DNA of 64,000 nucleotides from Octopus sinensis (GCF_006345805.1 NW_021832382.1:186001-250000); one strand, 5' to 3'; shown: positions 48,690 to 63,251, counted from the stretch's first letter. Notes: a model not told the origin generated them from the sequence alone. Program-made: numbers and translations.

Positions 48690-49250
48690 TCAGCCAGACA
48701 CCCCCCTGTATGATCGAAAGTCAGATAAAGCAGTCTTATCGGCTTGACAACAGTGAATATAATTGATTTGGATGTAGATAGGTGTAGTTTCACAAATCAT
48801 GCTGCGTTTCCTCTCCAATCATGTGGTTTGGTGTCGTACAGCGTGATAGAAGGCCGTAATACAGAGGAATAAAGAGAATGTCTCACAGAAATATAAACTG
48901 TTTGTCCTTAATAATTATTGTGGACGAGTCGTCTAGACTATTGAGTTTCTTGGCTAGCTCCTCTTAGAATGAATCAAGTTTGTCGACGTTTTTGGCAATC
49001 TTGCCACTGTGAGGGGCATAGACATTAATAATGGAAAGCCTTCCGAACCTGGTATCTATTTGTAGTACCGATATTCGGTCGGTGAATTTCCAGAAACGGT
49101 AAATACAAAAAGAGAGATACTTGTGTGTCATGAATCTGTGGCCATAGTATCTACATTCAAGAGGCAGTGGAATCTTTGGCCATAAGCATCCATACAGCTG
49201 CTGACAAACATATCGGAAACCTGGATTGTATCCGCCGTGATTTACTTATA
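48690..49250 (-). mobile_element. LINE apurinic endonuclease remnant
   Basis: RISVLQI...LSIINVYAPH motif, heavily disrupted. Confidence 0.6.
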
Positions 49251-49254
49251 GAGA

Positions 49255-50110
49255 CCTACTTATTGTTATCCTAAAAAGATTCCTGGATGAGAACAAAGTG
49301 AGCATTATAAGATTACTGCTTGGAAAGACAGAATTATCTGTTCATGCTAAATCGTCTTTTTCAAAGCGGTTTGAAACAAATGTCGACATCTACCTGAAAG
49401 CCGCCTTTAAGAGATCTCAAAACTTTTACGATAGCTCCATCACCGAAATTGTCTATTTTGACGATATTGACTTGGCTTCAGATAACAAAGATGCTCTAAT
49501 CAATCTTCTAAAGAATTCTCAGAGGACACTTAATAAATGGTTCCGCATAATCAACACTTCTAAAATTTAATTCACTGAGATAAAACCAACAAACATGAGT
49601 TGTTGAAACTTTGAGGAATGTCAAGAAACTTGGGGCTCTACTCGAAGATAGCAGAATATGCAAAGCTTGGCTCCAAGCCCGGCCTGTAAATTGCCAACTC
49701 AGATCAAGGCTCCACGACGCCTTTGTGAAACCTGTCTACTTTATAATTCCTCAACATGTGGGAGTTCGGATACTAAACTGAAGACCATAGATTCCTTTCA
49801 CCGCAAAGAAGTGCGCCTTCTACATTGACTTGACTGGGTATATAAAATCAATAATCAATCACTACAAACACTATAACGCTGCACCACTGATTGCAGAAAT
49901 TGTGGCAGGCTGCTGGGAACTGTTCGGGCACATCTTGAAAAAGCCTAGTCATTCCCGCTAATCTTGCAATGGACGGATACTTTGTAAATATCGGGGACGA
50001 TCGATATTTACCTTCCGGGAGTTTTGAGGAAGGGTCCCAACTTATTTGACAAGAACTAACAAAAAAGTGATGCCCCAGATTCTCTACGGGCTCTCGCCAA
50101 TAACAGAGGG
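49255..50110 (+). mobile_element. RTE-like LINE 3' half remnant
   Basis: YFDD-type RT core and WELFGHIL C-terminus; same family as 420-1084 and 5950-6214. Confidence 0.75.
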
Positions 50111-50811
50111 GGCTGGACTAGGATGGTTCAGAAGATTGTCTCGCTTGTCACACGTTTGGAATTAAAACTTTATGTCCCTACGGAATGTATCATTTTTCCT
50201 TTATATTTATTTAATAAAGTAAGTTTGCTTAAACTAATTCTAATAACAATGGAATGTATACGTTCTGATTTTCTCCTTTTTGTTATGGTCATTATTTTTG
50301 TTTTTTCTTTAATTTTGTTCACTCTCAAAAGTATGACATCATTTTTAAGATTAGCCCTTTCCTTTGACGTTCGGTTAATTGATGTCGATAAGTTACAATT
50401 CTTCTGGAATCGTGTGACCACCGGTAGAAGAACTGCTCCAATGCCTCAAGTCACAATCTATACCCCATAAATCAGATCAACCTCATATCAGGCCCTCCAG
50501 AGTGCAGTGACGAGCCCTCTTTGATAACGTGCTACAATAAAGGATACAAACACGGCACAATCAAAGTAAAAATATTGATTGTCAATAATTAGTGGAAATG
50601 TAAAGCCAGCCTTCCTAAGGGATGCTCTTTTGATGAACTGAGTGTAAACTGCGAGGGCTCTTCTCGGCCTGGATATGTCCTTGTTGGATCATGTGCTGTA
50701 TATATATTGTGTTATATTAGATTGAATATACAACAAAGTTTAATAGCCATTTCAATCTGATTGAAAATATACCTTTACTTATCATTTTTGGTGGCATTTT
50801 ATTTTTTATAT

Positions 50812-51722
50812 TCAAACGGTATTATCGAAGATCTTCTCGCGTGGCGGACTACACGCCGTCGGCTCCCTTTGAAGGTTAGTTGGCCTGGCTGACACATAAA
50901 GAGCCTCCTGGGTATGATGAATTCCACGAACATCCGACATATCGCCATCGCTACATTCCGACACAAACGAGACATCACTTTACTATTATTAATGACGACT
51001 TTGGGTGTGGGGGGTGGAGAAATCAACATTGCAGGTCATATCCGAGTCGCAGATCCTCTTCAGATAATACAGGTTGGATTTGTTTGGTGGACTAGGTTGG
51101 TGTTCAGGCACTGCAGATACTCACATCCGCTAATTAATACTTTAATCGTCTTTAAATAAGGATGGTCTCTATTTAGTTAAGTCAAAATAATATCGAGTGG
51201 TTTTGATGCCACAAATGCGACAATGGCTTAGAAACTGATTCTTGATCATGAAAACGTGACTTCTTAGGCCACATAAAAAATTTTATTAAAGTAACAAATT
51301 TTCTTCGTCTTCTTCCCTGAGCCACACTTCCCATTCTAAACCAATCAATATAGGGAAAAACCGCCGACAATTTCCCGTCCAATAGAACTGATTTTGCGTG
51401 CTAATGCCAACTCAATTTCACTCTTCCCACTTCCGACGTCATCCGCCTCCACAACCGATGTGGCCATTTTCCGCAGCTCCTCATTTTCCTTCACCAACTT
51501 GCGACATCGAGCCAACAACCGAGGCCCTGCCGACGTTTCCCGACAATTTTCCCCTCCACATCCTCCCATTTGCACTGCCCGCGAATTCAAATACACATAT
51601 TGCCGAGAGAAATTTTCCGATTCGTTAAAAAGTTTGCGAATTTGCATCAAAACCGCCAAATCGACTTTGAGTCCCTCCTCCCGGTCGAGTTTGGCCTTGC
51701 TTTGACCGATTTTTTCAGTCAA
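50812..51722 (-). CDS. WTAP: WTAP/Fl(2)d/Mum2-like protein (boundaries uncertain)
   Basis: KVDLAVLMQIRKL and AGPRLLARCRKLVKENEEL...EIELALARK resemble the WTAP VDPAIN and GKKLMAKCR.LIQENQEL..LEAELALQK core; acidic tail inferred to 50812. Confidence 0.55.
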
Positions 51723-52189
51723 AAAGTTCTTTTTTAATAATTTTGAATAAAAACGATTGCATTTTGTTCAGATTTTTCGATTTCTGCAATTGTTTGGGTT
51801 ATTTCGTTGATTTTAGAACAGATTTTGTATGTCTCGTTTTTTCTGGCTTGTGTTGTCTTTCTTACATAGTTGTAGCACCTAAGGAATGGAAGTGAAAGAG
51901 AATTACATTGATAAAAGCTTTTCTCTTGGGAGATCGGCCAGTTTGTCCTTTTAACATATTAATATTATAGTTTTTACTGTATTTAGACGCTGGTTGTTTT
52001 CTTTTATCGAACTTTGTACATGCATCACTTCGAAGTACAAATAATAAAAATATTTTTATGAAGAACTCCTTTATTTTAAACAAATAACAAAAAATTGTCG
52101 TCGCTTGTGTCAGATCTTGGATGATTTTTTCCGTTGAAAACTTCCACGCTCCTTTTAAGATTGGGTTTTTTGGAGGCCGTCTAGGTCTT

Positions 52190-53570
52190 CAATATTTTCC
52201 AGTCCATTCCGTTTGCCGAGCTGGACAGTCGGATATTGGCCGGGAACATTCCGACCTTCGTGTGGGATCTTTTCTTCTCAGTTCATCCACTAGCATTCAA
52301 AAAGAAAGACGATGGAATCCGTGTAAATGCAGTCAGAAACCACTTCCGTCGGCTGGCATCTAAGGCTGCTGCAAAAATTGTGTGTAGTGACTTGAGCAGC
52401 GAACTCTCCTGGGCCAGCTCGGCGTGGGTGTCGCTTGCGACTTTGAAGTTGCAGTGCAGGCTGTCCGGAAATTCCGATTCCTTTTGAAAGGGCGCCAAAT
52501 TTGATAAGAAAAACGTTTTAACAGCGTCAGGGGAGACAACATGATGAAAACATAAGAGATTGTCTTTCTAGTAAACCATGCATACGGCTTTGTAGACTTT
52601 TCTATTCCGGAGACCGAGTTGTTCGATCATAAACGAGTGTTCAGCAAGATGATTCTTTTGGTCCTCTGCTTTTCGCGCTGGCAATCGACGATGTCGTCTG
52701 CTCGGTGGGATCGCTATTTATCTAATGGTATCTAGACGATGCCACAGTCGATGACTTATTTAAGAACATTTCAGTAATGATCCTCTCCCTGAACAAGCCG
52801 TGACTTTAGGTGAACATCATTAAATTTGAAATCTTAACGTCCTAGAGACACCAGTGCCATCCCCCTGCAACAAAATTCTCACTATTCAGTAGCTGCGTTC
52901 TGGTTTAAAAGATTCTACTTGCTTTATAAAGTATTTTGCTCCAAATTCTTGGTGGCGATCTGAACACCTCTGGACAAGCAAGAACTACTACTTATTTCCG
53001 ACATTTGAAACAATAAAGAACAAAGCAAACTTATATGCTCACAATAGTGACATTCATCAGAAAATAATACTCGATGTCCTGACAATTTCTCTGTGAATTT
53101 ACCGAACGAATTACAGAAAAAATCTACAATTGAAAAGATTAAAACAAATTCGTTACACACAACATTTTTTAACGGTCTGGGCGACAGTAATGAAACAGCT
53201 GACCTGAGAATGAATGAATGTTTTGTAGAAGATCAAAAATCTTTCTGAAATCGATGAAAAAAGAGCAACCATACGACTCCACAAAAAGGCTGTTGACGAT
53301 CAATTCCATTTTCAGTTCAAGTTTGACAATACGGTACGATCCAGAAGTACGGTCACCTCTCTAGTTTTGTTTTCACGCCCATCACTTTTGAGATCTCTGG
53401 GGTTTTTGGCCCCAAGTCGCTTTGTTTCATACGTGATTTGGGGAGAAGAATCGCCAAAAAAAAGGACGAACCGAGAGAGTCCTTTTGGCTTCTTCAACGT
53501 CTCTCCATTGCCGTAATCTGCAGGAACTGTTTCGCAATCCGTGAGGCTGAGAGGGCGTCCTAAATTGCGT
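52190..53570 (+). mobile_element. CRE-clade LINE remnants (RT 52190-52900; C-terminus 53330-53570) separated by unrelated AT-rich DNA
   Basis: PLAFKKKDDGIRVNAVRNHFRRLASK; later WLLQRLSIAVICRNCFAIR. Confidence 0.65.
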
Positions 53571-54249
53571 AGTCTTAAACAAATTTTCTCCTTTTCTAAC
53601 TGTCTTTTATTAATGAAAAGTTTGACAATTATTATATCGATTTTGACATTTTTAGCTCAATTTTGACAATGGACAAGCAATCTTGAATTCTGACATCAAT
53701 GTTGACAAAATTAGCCGTTTTTGCACACTTTGTTGTCTCTTGATCCCGCGAGCCAGTTTTGTCTGATGTTCGATTACTCCCGAGTTAGATTTATCATAGA
53801 ATATTCTAACTCATTTTGTAGTAATAGTGCTCAAAATTCCGTCAGGGTTCCATTTCCTGCTGCATGAACATCGTTATGAGGATTGTTTGATTTGATAAAT
53901 GTCTTTATCTCAGCCTTGAGAATCGAAAAACAGCCTTCGCATAAATTAAGCTGCAGATATAATATGGTGCATAAAATCTTCGAATTAGATATTTTACTCG
54001 CACGCCTTCAAAATTTCCATAAAAATCAATAATTTCCTCTCCAGCTAAACTGTCAGATAATGCCGTCACAAAATTGCTAAATTTTGATTTTAAAGATTCA
54101 ATGTGTGATTCAAATCTCACATTGTTCCATTGTCATCAATTTTCAAAATGACGTTAAGATTCACTCCTGTGCTTGCCCTTACTGGAACTATCGCACGTGA
54201 TCCTATATAGGATCTGCAGAATTTTTTTTAATGTAAAGAGATTGAAATT

Positions 54250-55300
54250 TGTTTCGTCCAGATGTATTTTTCCATTTGTATTACGTTGATAATCCAATCC
54301 AGTGACCTTATCCTCGCTCGGTGATCTTTCCACGAGCCCACACAAGATCGCACTGGGCGGCAGGCCGTTTTTGGCGGAGCATTCGCTGACGGGCCCAGGT
54401 TCAGCTTGATGAGGTCTTCCAGAGAAGCTGGACCGGGGCGTTGGCTATCATGTGACGAACGATCGGTTAATCTGAGGGCCCTTTGTTGAGCCTCCTCGAT
54501 TCGCCTCCTGTTGGACTACGATAGCCGCGGACCCCATGATCCGCAGGCGTAGGCAATACATGGTTCGAAGTACTGGCGGTAGATATTTGCCAGTACCGGG
54601 TGCGACCCGTTTTTCCATATTCCGGATAGAGTTCGTAGTATGTTCAATTTTTGTTCGCATCTGCGAAGGAGGTTGTCCGCATGTGGGGAGAAACAGAGGT
54701 GCATGTCGAGGGTTACCCCTAGGACCGTCTGACTCCTGTAGAAGGGTACGGATATATTATTCAGCATTAAGTCGACTGACGTCCTTCCCAATCTTTTGTC
54801 TGAGGTGAAGAGGGACGTGGCGGACTTCGCCGCTTTTACCACGAGCCGGTTGTCCGTCAGCCATAGGTTCAGCCGATCCAAGTTAGCTTGGAACCTTTCA
54901 GAGGCCTTCTGGATGTCCCGGTCCCGTGAGGCTAGTACGATGTCGTCCGCGTATGAGAGAACAATGTCTTTGTTGTCGAGGGAGTAAGGGAGGTCTTCCA
55001 AAAATAGGTTGAAGAGGGCCGGGGATAAGGGGGATCCCTGAGGTACTCCGTTGGGTAGAAAACGAGATTTGGACTTCAGACCACCGAGGCACACCCTTCC
55101 CCTTCGTCCACTTAGGAAGTTGGTAATCCATATTTTTAGCTTCAGAGGAAAATCGGATTGGAATATCTTCCTTGAGAGGAGCTTTCTCGAGACGGAATCG
55201 AAGTCTTTATGGATGTCGACAAAGCAGAGCACGGTCTTTTGGTGCCTCGGTTTGCTGGCAAAACCGGTAAAGATGTTGAAAATGTCTTTCGGGTAAGAAA
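54250..55300 (-). mobile_element. I/Jockey-superfamily LINE RT fragment
   Basis: DIHKDFDSV, GVPQGSPLSPALFN, YADD, LGVTLD in ORF 54516-55232. Confidence 0.85.
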
Positions 55301-55509
55301 TCTTCTATTCTGCCAAGAACCAGTCTTTCCAGGATTTTTGACATCGAATATAACAGGGAAATCGGCCTGAAAGATGCCGCGTCCCCTCATGGTCTTCCAG
55401 GCTTCAGTATCGGCCTTATTAAGGCCTGTTTCCATATTGCCGGAATCACGTTGTTGTTGATTGAATAGTTGAAAATGGATGTTAGGAACCTGACTTCTCG
55501 CAGCATTTT

Positions 55510-55849
55510 GTAGGTAATCAAGTCGGTTATATATTGTTACAATACAAACTTTATTAATTACCAATTTTCGTAATTCCTTCAATGTCATCGATGGATTATT
55601 CTCAATTTTTTCAATTATCAAATTCATATCATCCGTAAGTTTAATCGTTGCATCCCTTCTACCTCCACGTTTACAAAAATACGGATTTCCACTTTTTACA
55701 ATGGTTATAGCTGTTGTCCTCTTGACACCAAGATCGCGAGCAAGCTGTATATAATCGCCATCCTTTTCATTCTTATTTATAAGTGCTCTTCTTGTAGCTT
55801 CTGACACTCTTGAATTTTTTCTTGACATAAATTCGTACAAGAACGGCAA
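55510..55849 (-). mobile_element. IS630/Tc1-like transposase N-terminal HTH fragment
   Basis: LARDLGVKRTTAITIV...KRGGRR...IENNPSMTLKELR. Confidence 0.6.
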
Positions 55850-56502
55850 ATCAGAAAATACAAAATAAATGAAAAATCGGCAAAAGTCAAGATTAACATA
55901 AAAATATCAAAATCCAATAACAAGTAAAATAGAGAAGTTAACTAAATTAGATAAGTCGCCGAGCAGATGGACAAACAATTTCCACGTAATATCGCGAACG
56001 ATATCCGCTGAAAAAGCCAGCTCGTTTCACGACTATCGTGACTCCTCCTCGAGATGAATGAAATAATGGCTTTGATGTCACCTTGAAACTGTATTGTCAG
56101 CAAGGTTTAAAAACAACATCAAAATACCCTCAGTTGTAATAAAAATCAATATAGAGACTATAGCTATAAAGAATCCACTTGAGGCCATACAAATTGAGAA
56201 CAACAATAGATTTTTATGCCAAAATATTGGCCTGGAGGAGAATAGGTCCATCTAAGGAAAAAGACCGACGGAGAGAGTCAGTCAGGTAGAAAAAGTAAGT
56301 AGGGAAAAAGGGAAGAAGAACAATCAATTTAAAATGGATGTATCTGTTAATGGGAAACACCCAGTGATACAGATAAATCGTTTAAAAAATGCTAAAGAAA
56401 GCCCAGCATACATATCTATGAATTATTAACTGAGTTAAACATTATTCACGATTGGTGGATCTTTGTATTTACTCGCATTCAATCAGTTTTTCTTTGTTGG
56501 TA

Positions 56503-58797
56503 CAGTCTAACCTCTTTTTGGGGCACCTAGTGCCCCAAAAACAGGGGTTTCCCCAGATAGAGGGGTTTTCTGATATTAACGAAAAAAACCAACGTTTTGT
56601 TAATTTAAAACCAAAAGATGTTTATTTTTAATTTCATTTAACAATTTTAGTCTGAATAACTCTCCCCGATCAGAAGGGTTGTTCTCATATTTGCAGGATA
56701 GAAACTTTTTTAATGGTCAACGGAAACAGTGTAACCACTGTAAGAGTAAGGCAATGACCGTTGACCATTTAGCCACGAAGTGCGGGAGTATGCTTTACCA
56801 TGATTACACGTGGAGGCATAACGAGGTGGTGAGGTCCCTCCATCTTTTGCTCTGCAATAAGTATGGCTTGAGGCGGTCCAGAAAGTTGCGAACATATCGA
56901 GTTCAATCGGTGTGTGAGAACTCGCGGGTGTGCATTAAGGTGGATACCCCCATACGCACTTCGATTGTTGTCCAGCACAACAGACCCGACATTGTGGTCC
57001 ACGATAAGGTCACCGGGGAGATTGTTATCGTGGAGGTGGGCATCACGTGCCTAGACCGTTTGCAGATAGTGGAAGTGGAGAAAAAAAGGAAGTATGACCT
57101 CCTTGCAAACGAGCTAGGACTGATGCACCAGTGCAAAGTCCATGTCATCCCGTGTGTGATGACATGGGATGGACTGGTCACCAAATACCACAAGCGGTAC
57201 TTAAGACAGTTGGATGTAGATAAGTCTCTACAGGCTTATATACAGTCAACTGTTCTTAAGAGGACTCTGGAGAGTGTCTCGTTTGATGCTCGCCGATCCA
57301 GCCCTTTCCTGACGTTTAGTCAGCAAGAGGCGCTGGACTGCACCTTCTCGAAGGTCTACAGTGCCAGAGAAGAGGAGGAAGAAGGGGAGGAGGTGCGTGG
57401 AGTGCCGCCTTCTGCTCACTTCGAAGGCTCTGGACTTAGTTAGTAAAATTACTTAGTTAATTAGTTTCTTTCTTAATAAACAATTTTAGTCTTTACTTGT
57501 CGTCAAATGATCCGTTATTTTCGCTCCGAATTTGTACTTTTGAATTAATCGATCCATTGTCAACTTCTTAAAATTATAAAATTCATTTAATATGGAAAAT
57601 GCCATCTTCCATTGCATTAATTGAAAAAATTAGTTCCTTGATAGATTGACATTTTATAACTCCGTCATATAATGCATTGTCATTTTCTATACCAGAGATT
57701 TCTACTGATATAACTTCCTTGACAGTTTCTTCGATTTTTCTCCATTTATTTGATCAGATTTTTTCACATCATGTGTACGTTGCTCATTAATTTTATTCCA
57801 ACAATTTGTATTCGTTTCTTTAGTAACATTCATCCAAGCATCTTCAATTGCTAGCAAAACATTTCTCATATTTATATTTGATAGGCCTAAAAGATTTATT
57901 TATATACAGTGAATACCATTTAATATTAATTCTTTGCATTCAAAAAAACATATGAATTTAACCAGTTCATGTGAGTAACATGTTTTGAATGAGCGAATTA
58001 TTCCCATGTCAAGCGGTTGAAGCAGCGGAGTAGTATTTTTAGGCAAATATAAAAAAATTATATTGTAATAATCATCTGCTTTATGGCATCCTGCATTATC
58101 CAAAATTAATAAAATATGTCTGTTATTCTCTTTCATTCGTTCATTTATCACATATAACCATGGATTAAAAATATAACTTGTCATCCAAGCATTTTTTGAA
58201 GACATTTAATACATTATGCTGTTCAATATTAAAATTTTTCAAACAACGAGGAGACTTGTATTTTCCGATTACCAAAGGTTTCATTTTCTCACCAATTGAA
58301 TTTGTACATAAAAGAACGGTAACTCTTTCTTTATTTTTTTTGACACCACTACAAGTGTCCGTTAACTCTACGAAGGATCTACAGTCGGATTTTTTGACAA
58401 ATAATCCAGTCTCATCGCAGTTGAAGATATCCTTGCTGGAATATGCTTCCATGTGATTATCATAAGTTTTAAAGAAGCTTTTCAGCATGGATGTGTCGCA
58501 TGACTTTTTTTCACCAGAAATTGTTTTTAAAAAAAGTTGATGCCGTTTCTTAAAACGAACAAGCCATCCATTGGAAGCTTTAAATTCTGGTAAATTTAAA
58601 ATTTGAGCTGCTTTCTTGGCAGTAGATTGTAATAATGGTCCGGAAACTACTAAATTATCATTTCTTAATCTATAAATGCCCCATAACGGGGTTTATCTTA
58701 TAAAGAATAAACAGAAAAACTTCTAATAGAAATTCAAATTGCCCCAAAACCCGAGGGTGCCCCACGTCCGGGGTCGCCCCAATAAGGGGTTGCACTG
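56503..58797 (-). mobile_element. Tigger/pogo element interrupted by an RLE LINE
   Basis: TA-flanked imperfect TIRs CAGTCTAACCTCTTTTTGGGGC / CAGTGCAACCCCTTATTGGGGC; FNCDETGL, ILDNAGCH and QPLDMGII motifs. Confidence 0.8.
56654..57478 (+). mobile_element. R2/NeSL-like RLE LINE, 5'-truncated, with 14-bp TSD
   Basis: Intact knuckle plus RLE ORF similar to 36360-37000; TSD AACAATTTTAGTCT at 56640-56653 and 57479-57492. Confidence 0.9.
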
Positions 58798-60359
58798 TAG
58801 TAGGATCACAATGCGTACTACTTCATATATAATTATACCTTTTCAGTATCATAATTTCTGCCTTTTTAATTTTGACAAACTCCTGCCTATTTGTAAGCTT
58901 GTACATCTTAAATATTTTTGAAGTAGTTTAGGAAATGCTGTTTAAAACGTGATAGTGGAATTTTATTCAGTTCAAAAACATTTTTACACAAACTTCCCCT
59001 GAAGTATATCTAGTTGAAAAAAATTAGAGTTCTGTATAAAAACGAGAACTATAAAAGTCCAGAAAGTCTTTTGCGCATTTAACACAGGCTGAAACATCGA
59101 CTATTGGTCATAGCTAGGGCAACCGCAAATATGACCTAAAAAATTTCAAATATGACCGATAAAATATGACTTATATGACCTTAAAAGAAAAAATATATGC
59201 CCTTAATATGACCTAATAAATTTTTATTTTATGTATTAATAAAGTTTTAATAAGACTTATATTTCGAACTAATCACTCAAATTTATTGCAATATAACGAA
59301 AAGTAATATTTAATGTTATCATTTTTAAAGTTTCTATCCTTCTCCAACATCTTTTGAAGTATAGAAAAACTTCTTTCAATGGAAATAGTTGTTGCTGGAC
59401 ATTTCCATAATATCGAACAAATTTCTGGTGAACAATTATCAATCTTAGCAGTATAAATTTCTTTTAATCGATTTTTATCTATTCTTTTATGGAAATATTT
59501 AGATATTCCCCATAGATCATCCCCAAAATTTATCACATTAATAAATTTAACGGCATCCTCAATGGTAAAAAAAGTTTCTTGGCATTGATGTAATCCATCT
59601 AATATGTCACTATAACGTGATTTTATCAATGCAAGGTTTCTTTCCAAATTAATTGAATTTAAAGCAGTTTTTACTTTATCTAAGATTTTCCCTTTTTTGT
59701 TAAATTCAGTACCAGAAACTATAGTGCGAACTGTATGCATTTTTTTAGTAAAAGGCAGCACTAAGCCAGGTTCCCCATCTTGTAATTATTACTTCAGGTG
59801 GTAATTTTATATTGTCAAAAGGATCTCTTCGAGATTTTTTTTGAGCAATGCAGTTTTCATCGTGGCAATCAGATTATTAATATCCCCATAGTGTGTACTA
59901 ATTTTTAAGGCACAATTATGTAAAAGATGAGCAAAACAAGTGATGTGTATAACATTGTTATACATAATTGACAATGTTTCTGGAGCAAATATCATGTATG
60001 ATGCAGCGTCGATAACCATAAACAAAATTAAATCGTTTGACGTTAAAATCCTTTAAAGTTTCATCGATTATCTGGAAAATAACTGAAGCATTACATATTT
60101 CAACAGAAATGCATTTTAATAGATAAATTTTCGATGGATTACAAATAGTCTCCCCAAAACATTCACAATTTATTATTTGAAATTTGGGTTTCATCAACAA
60201 TCAAAAATATTTTCAAATTTAAAATAAGATTTTTTATTCGTTCAAAATTTAGAAGATATTTATCATACACCAATTTGCGGAACACAACAGAACTTGCAAT
60301 TAAGTCCCCCATTAGTACTTCTCGTAAATTCGTACGGATATTTATTTAATATTTTAGAG

Positions 60360-63251
60360 CAGGGGTGCGCAAGCTTTTTGGGTTTGCGGCCGCATAGCAT
60401 TTATTTTTCCTTCTCTTCCACGGCCGCACATTTTCTGCATTATTTTTTCGATATTAATATAGTAATTTTTTAATTATTAAAAGTGACCGCATAAGTTGCC
60501 CATTGCCATCGAGACCGAATGAGTTCTTGGACAGGAAATGCTCTCGTTCATCAGGGACATCATATTATTAAAATAAATAATTATTTCATGGACAAAAAAT
60601 AAGAAAGAAGGAAAGTTAATTAAAAGAAATGTATTATACAAGTTATTCTAATGACGGCCAGGATCTTTGGTATTTTTTGCGAGCTTATTGAAATCCACTG
60701 GTAGGGTAGATATCATTCTGCGCAAACATGACTCTAAGTTTGCATCCGTTATCCGAGATCTACAGTATGGTCCAAAAATAGTACACCCCTTGTTTTTTTG
60801 TCGAAAAAGTCTTATATCTGCTAAAATAATACATTTATTTAATTATTTTTTTGTGAATTATATCTGTTTTAGAGTTTAATGAATTTTTCACTTTATAGAA
60901 AATCGAAATGAATTTAATTATACATATATTTTAAAAATTAATGAATTTTTAATGGTCCATAATAGTACACCCTTAACAAATTCAACATCTGTTGTGCTTT
61001 AAAATTACCTAATAAAGTTTTATTTAATATACAAAAATTTTTTATTTTAGTTTATGTTCTTTTATTTTTTTAAAGTAATTATTTAATTAAATAATTATCT
61101 TATTATCAGATTTTTTTTATTTATGACGTCAAATGTTTCGATTTTTCTTTTTAAATAGCACCACATGTCTTCAATTGGATTTAAATCTGGCAAATTTTTT
61201 TTTTCTGTCAAAAAACTTTTAGTCTTCTTTGCAGTATGCTTCGGATCGTTATCTTGTTGGAAATTCGGATTTTCTGAATGATCGTTGATAAAGGGCATCA
61301 TTTTTTCCTCAAGTATATTAATGTACATGTCTGCATTCATGATTCCATTTATGGTATAAAGTTCACCAGGTCCTTGGAAGCTCATAAATCCACATATCTT
61401 TATATTTCCGCCGCCATGTTTCATTGTAGATACTATGCATTTTGGATTTAGTGCACCGCCATTTTTGCGCCACATATGCTTAATTCAATTTGATCTGAAC
61501 AAATTGATTTTGGTCTCATTTGACCACAGAATTCTATTCCAAAAATCCATATTTTTGCCTACATATTTTTTTGCAAATTAAACGGTTTCTTTTGTACCTT
61601 TTTGACAATAACGGTTTCCTTCGAAGTATCAGCCATATAAATTGCATTCATGTAGTCTCCTTTTTATTGTAGATTTTTTATTTTTAATAACAGAATAAGA
61701 TTCCAATTGTTTTGCAATTGCAGATGAAGAGATTCTTGGATTTTTTTCAGCAGAACGTCTGATTAGACGGATAGATCTGATAGATAACTTCTTCGGTCTC
61801 CCTCTTTCTCGATTTAAAATGCCGTTTATTCCGTTTTTCGGTATTTTTGTACAATCTTAGCAACGGTGTTCTTGCTAATCTCAAGTTTTTTGGCAATTTT
61901 TTTGTATCCATAGTTGTCCTCGTGTATGGAAATAATACGATTTTTAATATCTGAAGAGAGATCAACATTACGAAAGTTCATGTTAATTATTTTGACAATA
62001 AGATAATTATTTAGTTAAATAATTACTTTAAAAAAATAAAAAAACATAAACTAAAAATAAAAATATTTTTGTATATTAAATAAAACTTTATTAGGTAATT
62101 TTAAAGCACAACAGATGTTGAATTTGTTAAGGTGTACTATTTATGGACCATTAAAAATTCATTAATTTTTTAAAATATATGTATAATTAAATTCATTTCG
62201 ATTTTCTATAAAGTGAAAAATTCATTAAACTCTAAAACAGATATAATTCACAAAAAAATAATTAAATAAATGTATTATTTTAGCAGATATAAGACTTTTT
62301 CGACAAAAAAACAAGGGGTGTACTATTTTTGGACCATACTGTATATTGACTTTTTAAATATTTCATTTTGGAAAATGTAGACTCACATAAATATGTGCTT
62401 CCGAATGGCGCATTCAATTTGAAATTCCAATGTAATATAATTTTAAATTCCAATGGCGCATTCTCGATCGAAACAGTATGTGGTGCTGCAGTTAATTGAA
62501 GTTTGAGTTCAATTTTTTTAAATTCGTTAAATCGCTCTTCAAATTGTTTCGAAATATAATCGAATATAGTATTAAATGTATTTGGTGTAATGAGTAAAAG
62601 TTTGATATTTCTTTTCGTAAATCAAGCACACGACATGCTGTTTCACCTTGTGATAGCCATCGAACTTGTGCATGGTATAAAATGTCTTCAGCAGATATTT
62701 CACTACCGGAAAGAATTGTACGAAACTGTCTATGTCTCAATGCATTGTTTCGGATATATAATAATTTGTTTTACTTCATTAAGTGTATCTTCAAATTTTT
62801 TCATTTGTGAATAAAGTGCTTGTTGGTGAAATGAAAAAGAAAAAAATTGTGTTTTAAAAAATTCAAAATAAGTAAAAAAACGATTAAAGAAATAAAATCG
62901 GAAAATATCACAAAAATGATGAAATTTCAAATAATTTAACCATTAAAAGAAACTACATCCCAAAATATTCCTTTGAATCCAATTAAAAATATAAATAAAG
63001 GTAAACCAAATAAAGACAACAGCGCTACATAATGAAAATAAATTAAGCCGTTTATGATAATTACTTTTAATAAAGGTTAACCATTATATAAAAATAGAAT
63101 TCTATATAATATGAATATTTTTAATTATTATTTAGGGTTTTTCTTGATTAATTAACACTATGAGCATTATATTTAAGATTAGTTGCTCGATGACCTAATT
63201 GTGCCCACGGCCGCACATTCATCGACTCACGGCCGCACTTGCGCACCCCTG
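60360..63251 (-). mobile_element. hAT element (GTF2IRD2-like remnant), nested
   Basis: TIR CAGGGGTGCGC; 8-bp TSD TTTTAGAG; YHAQVRWLSQG remnant at 62492-62740. Confidence 0.9.
60763..62341 (-). mobile_element. IR/DR-type Tc1 element with about 340-bp TIRs
   Basis: TA|CAGTATGGTCC...GGACCATACTG|TA; internal direct repeat ATGGTCCA.AATAGTACACC; QQDNDPKH and PDLNPIE motifs. Confidence 0.92.
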
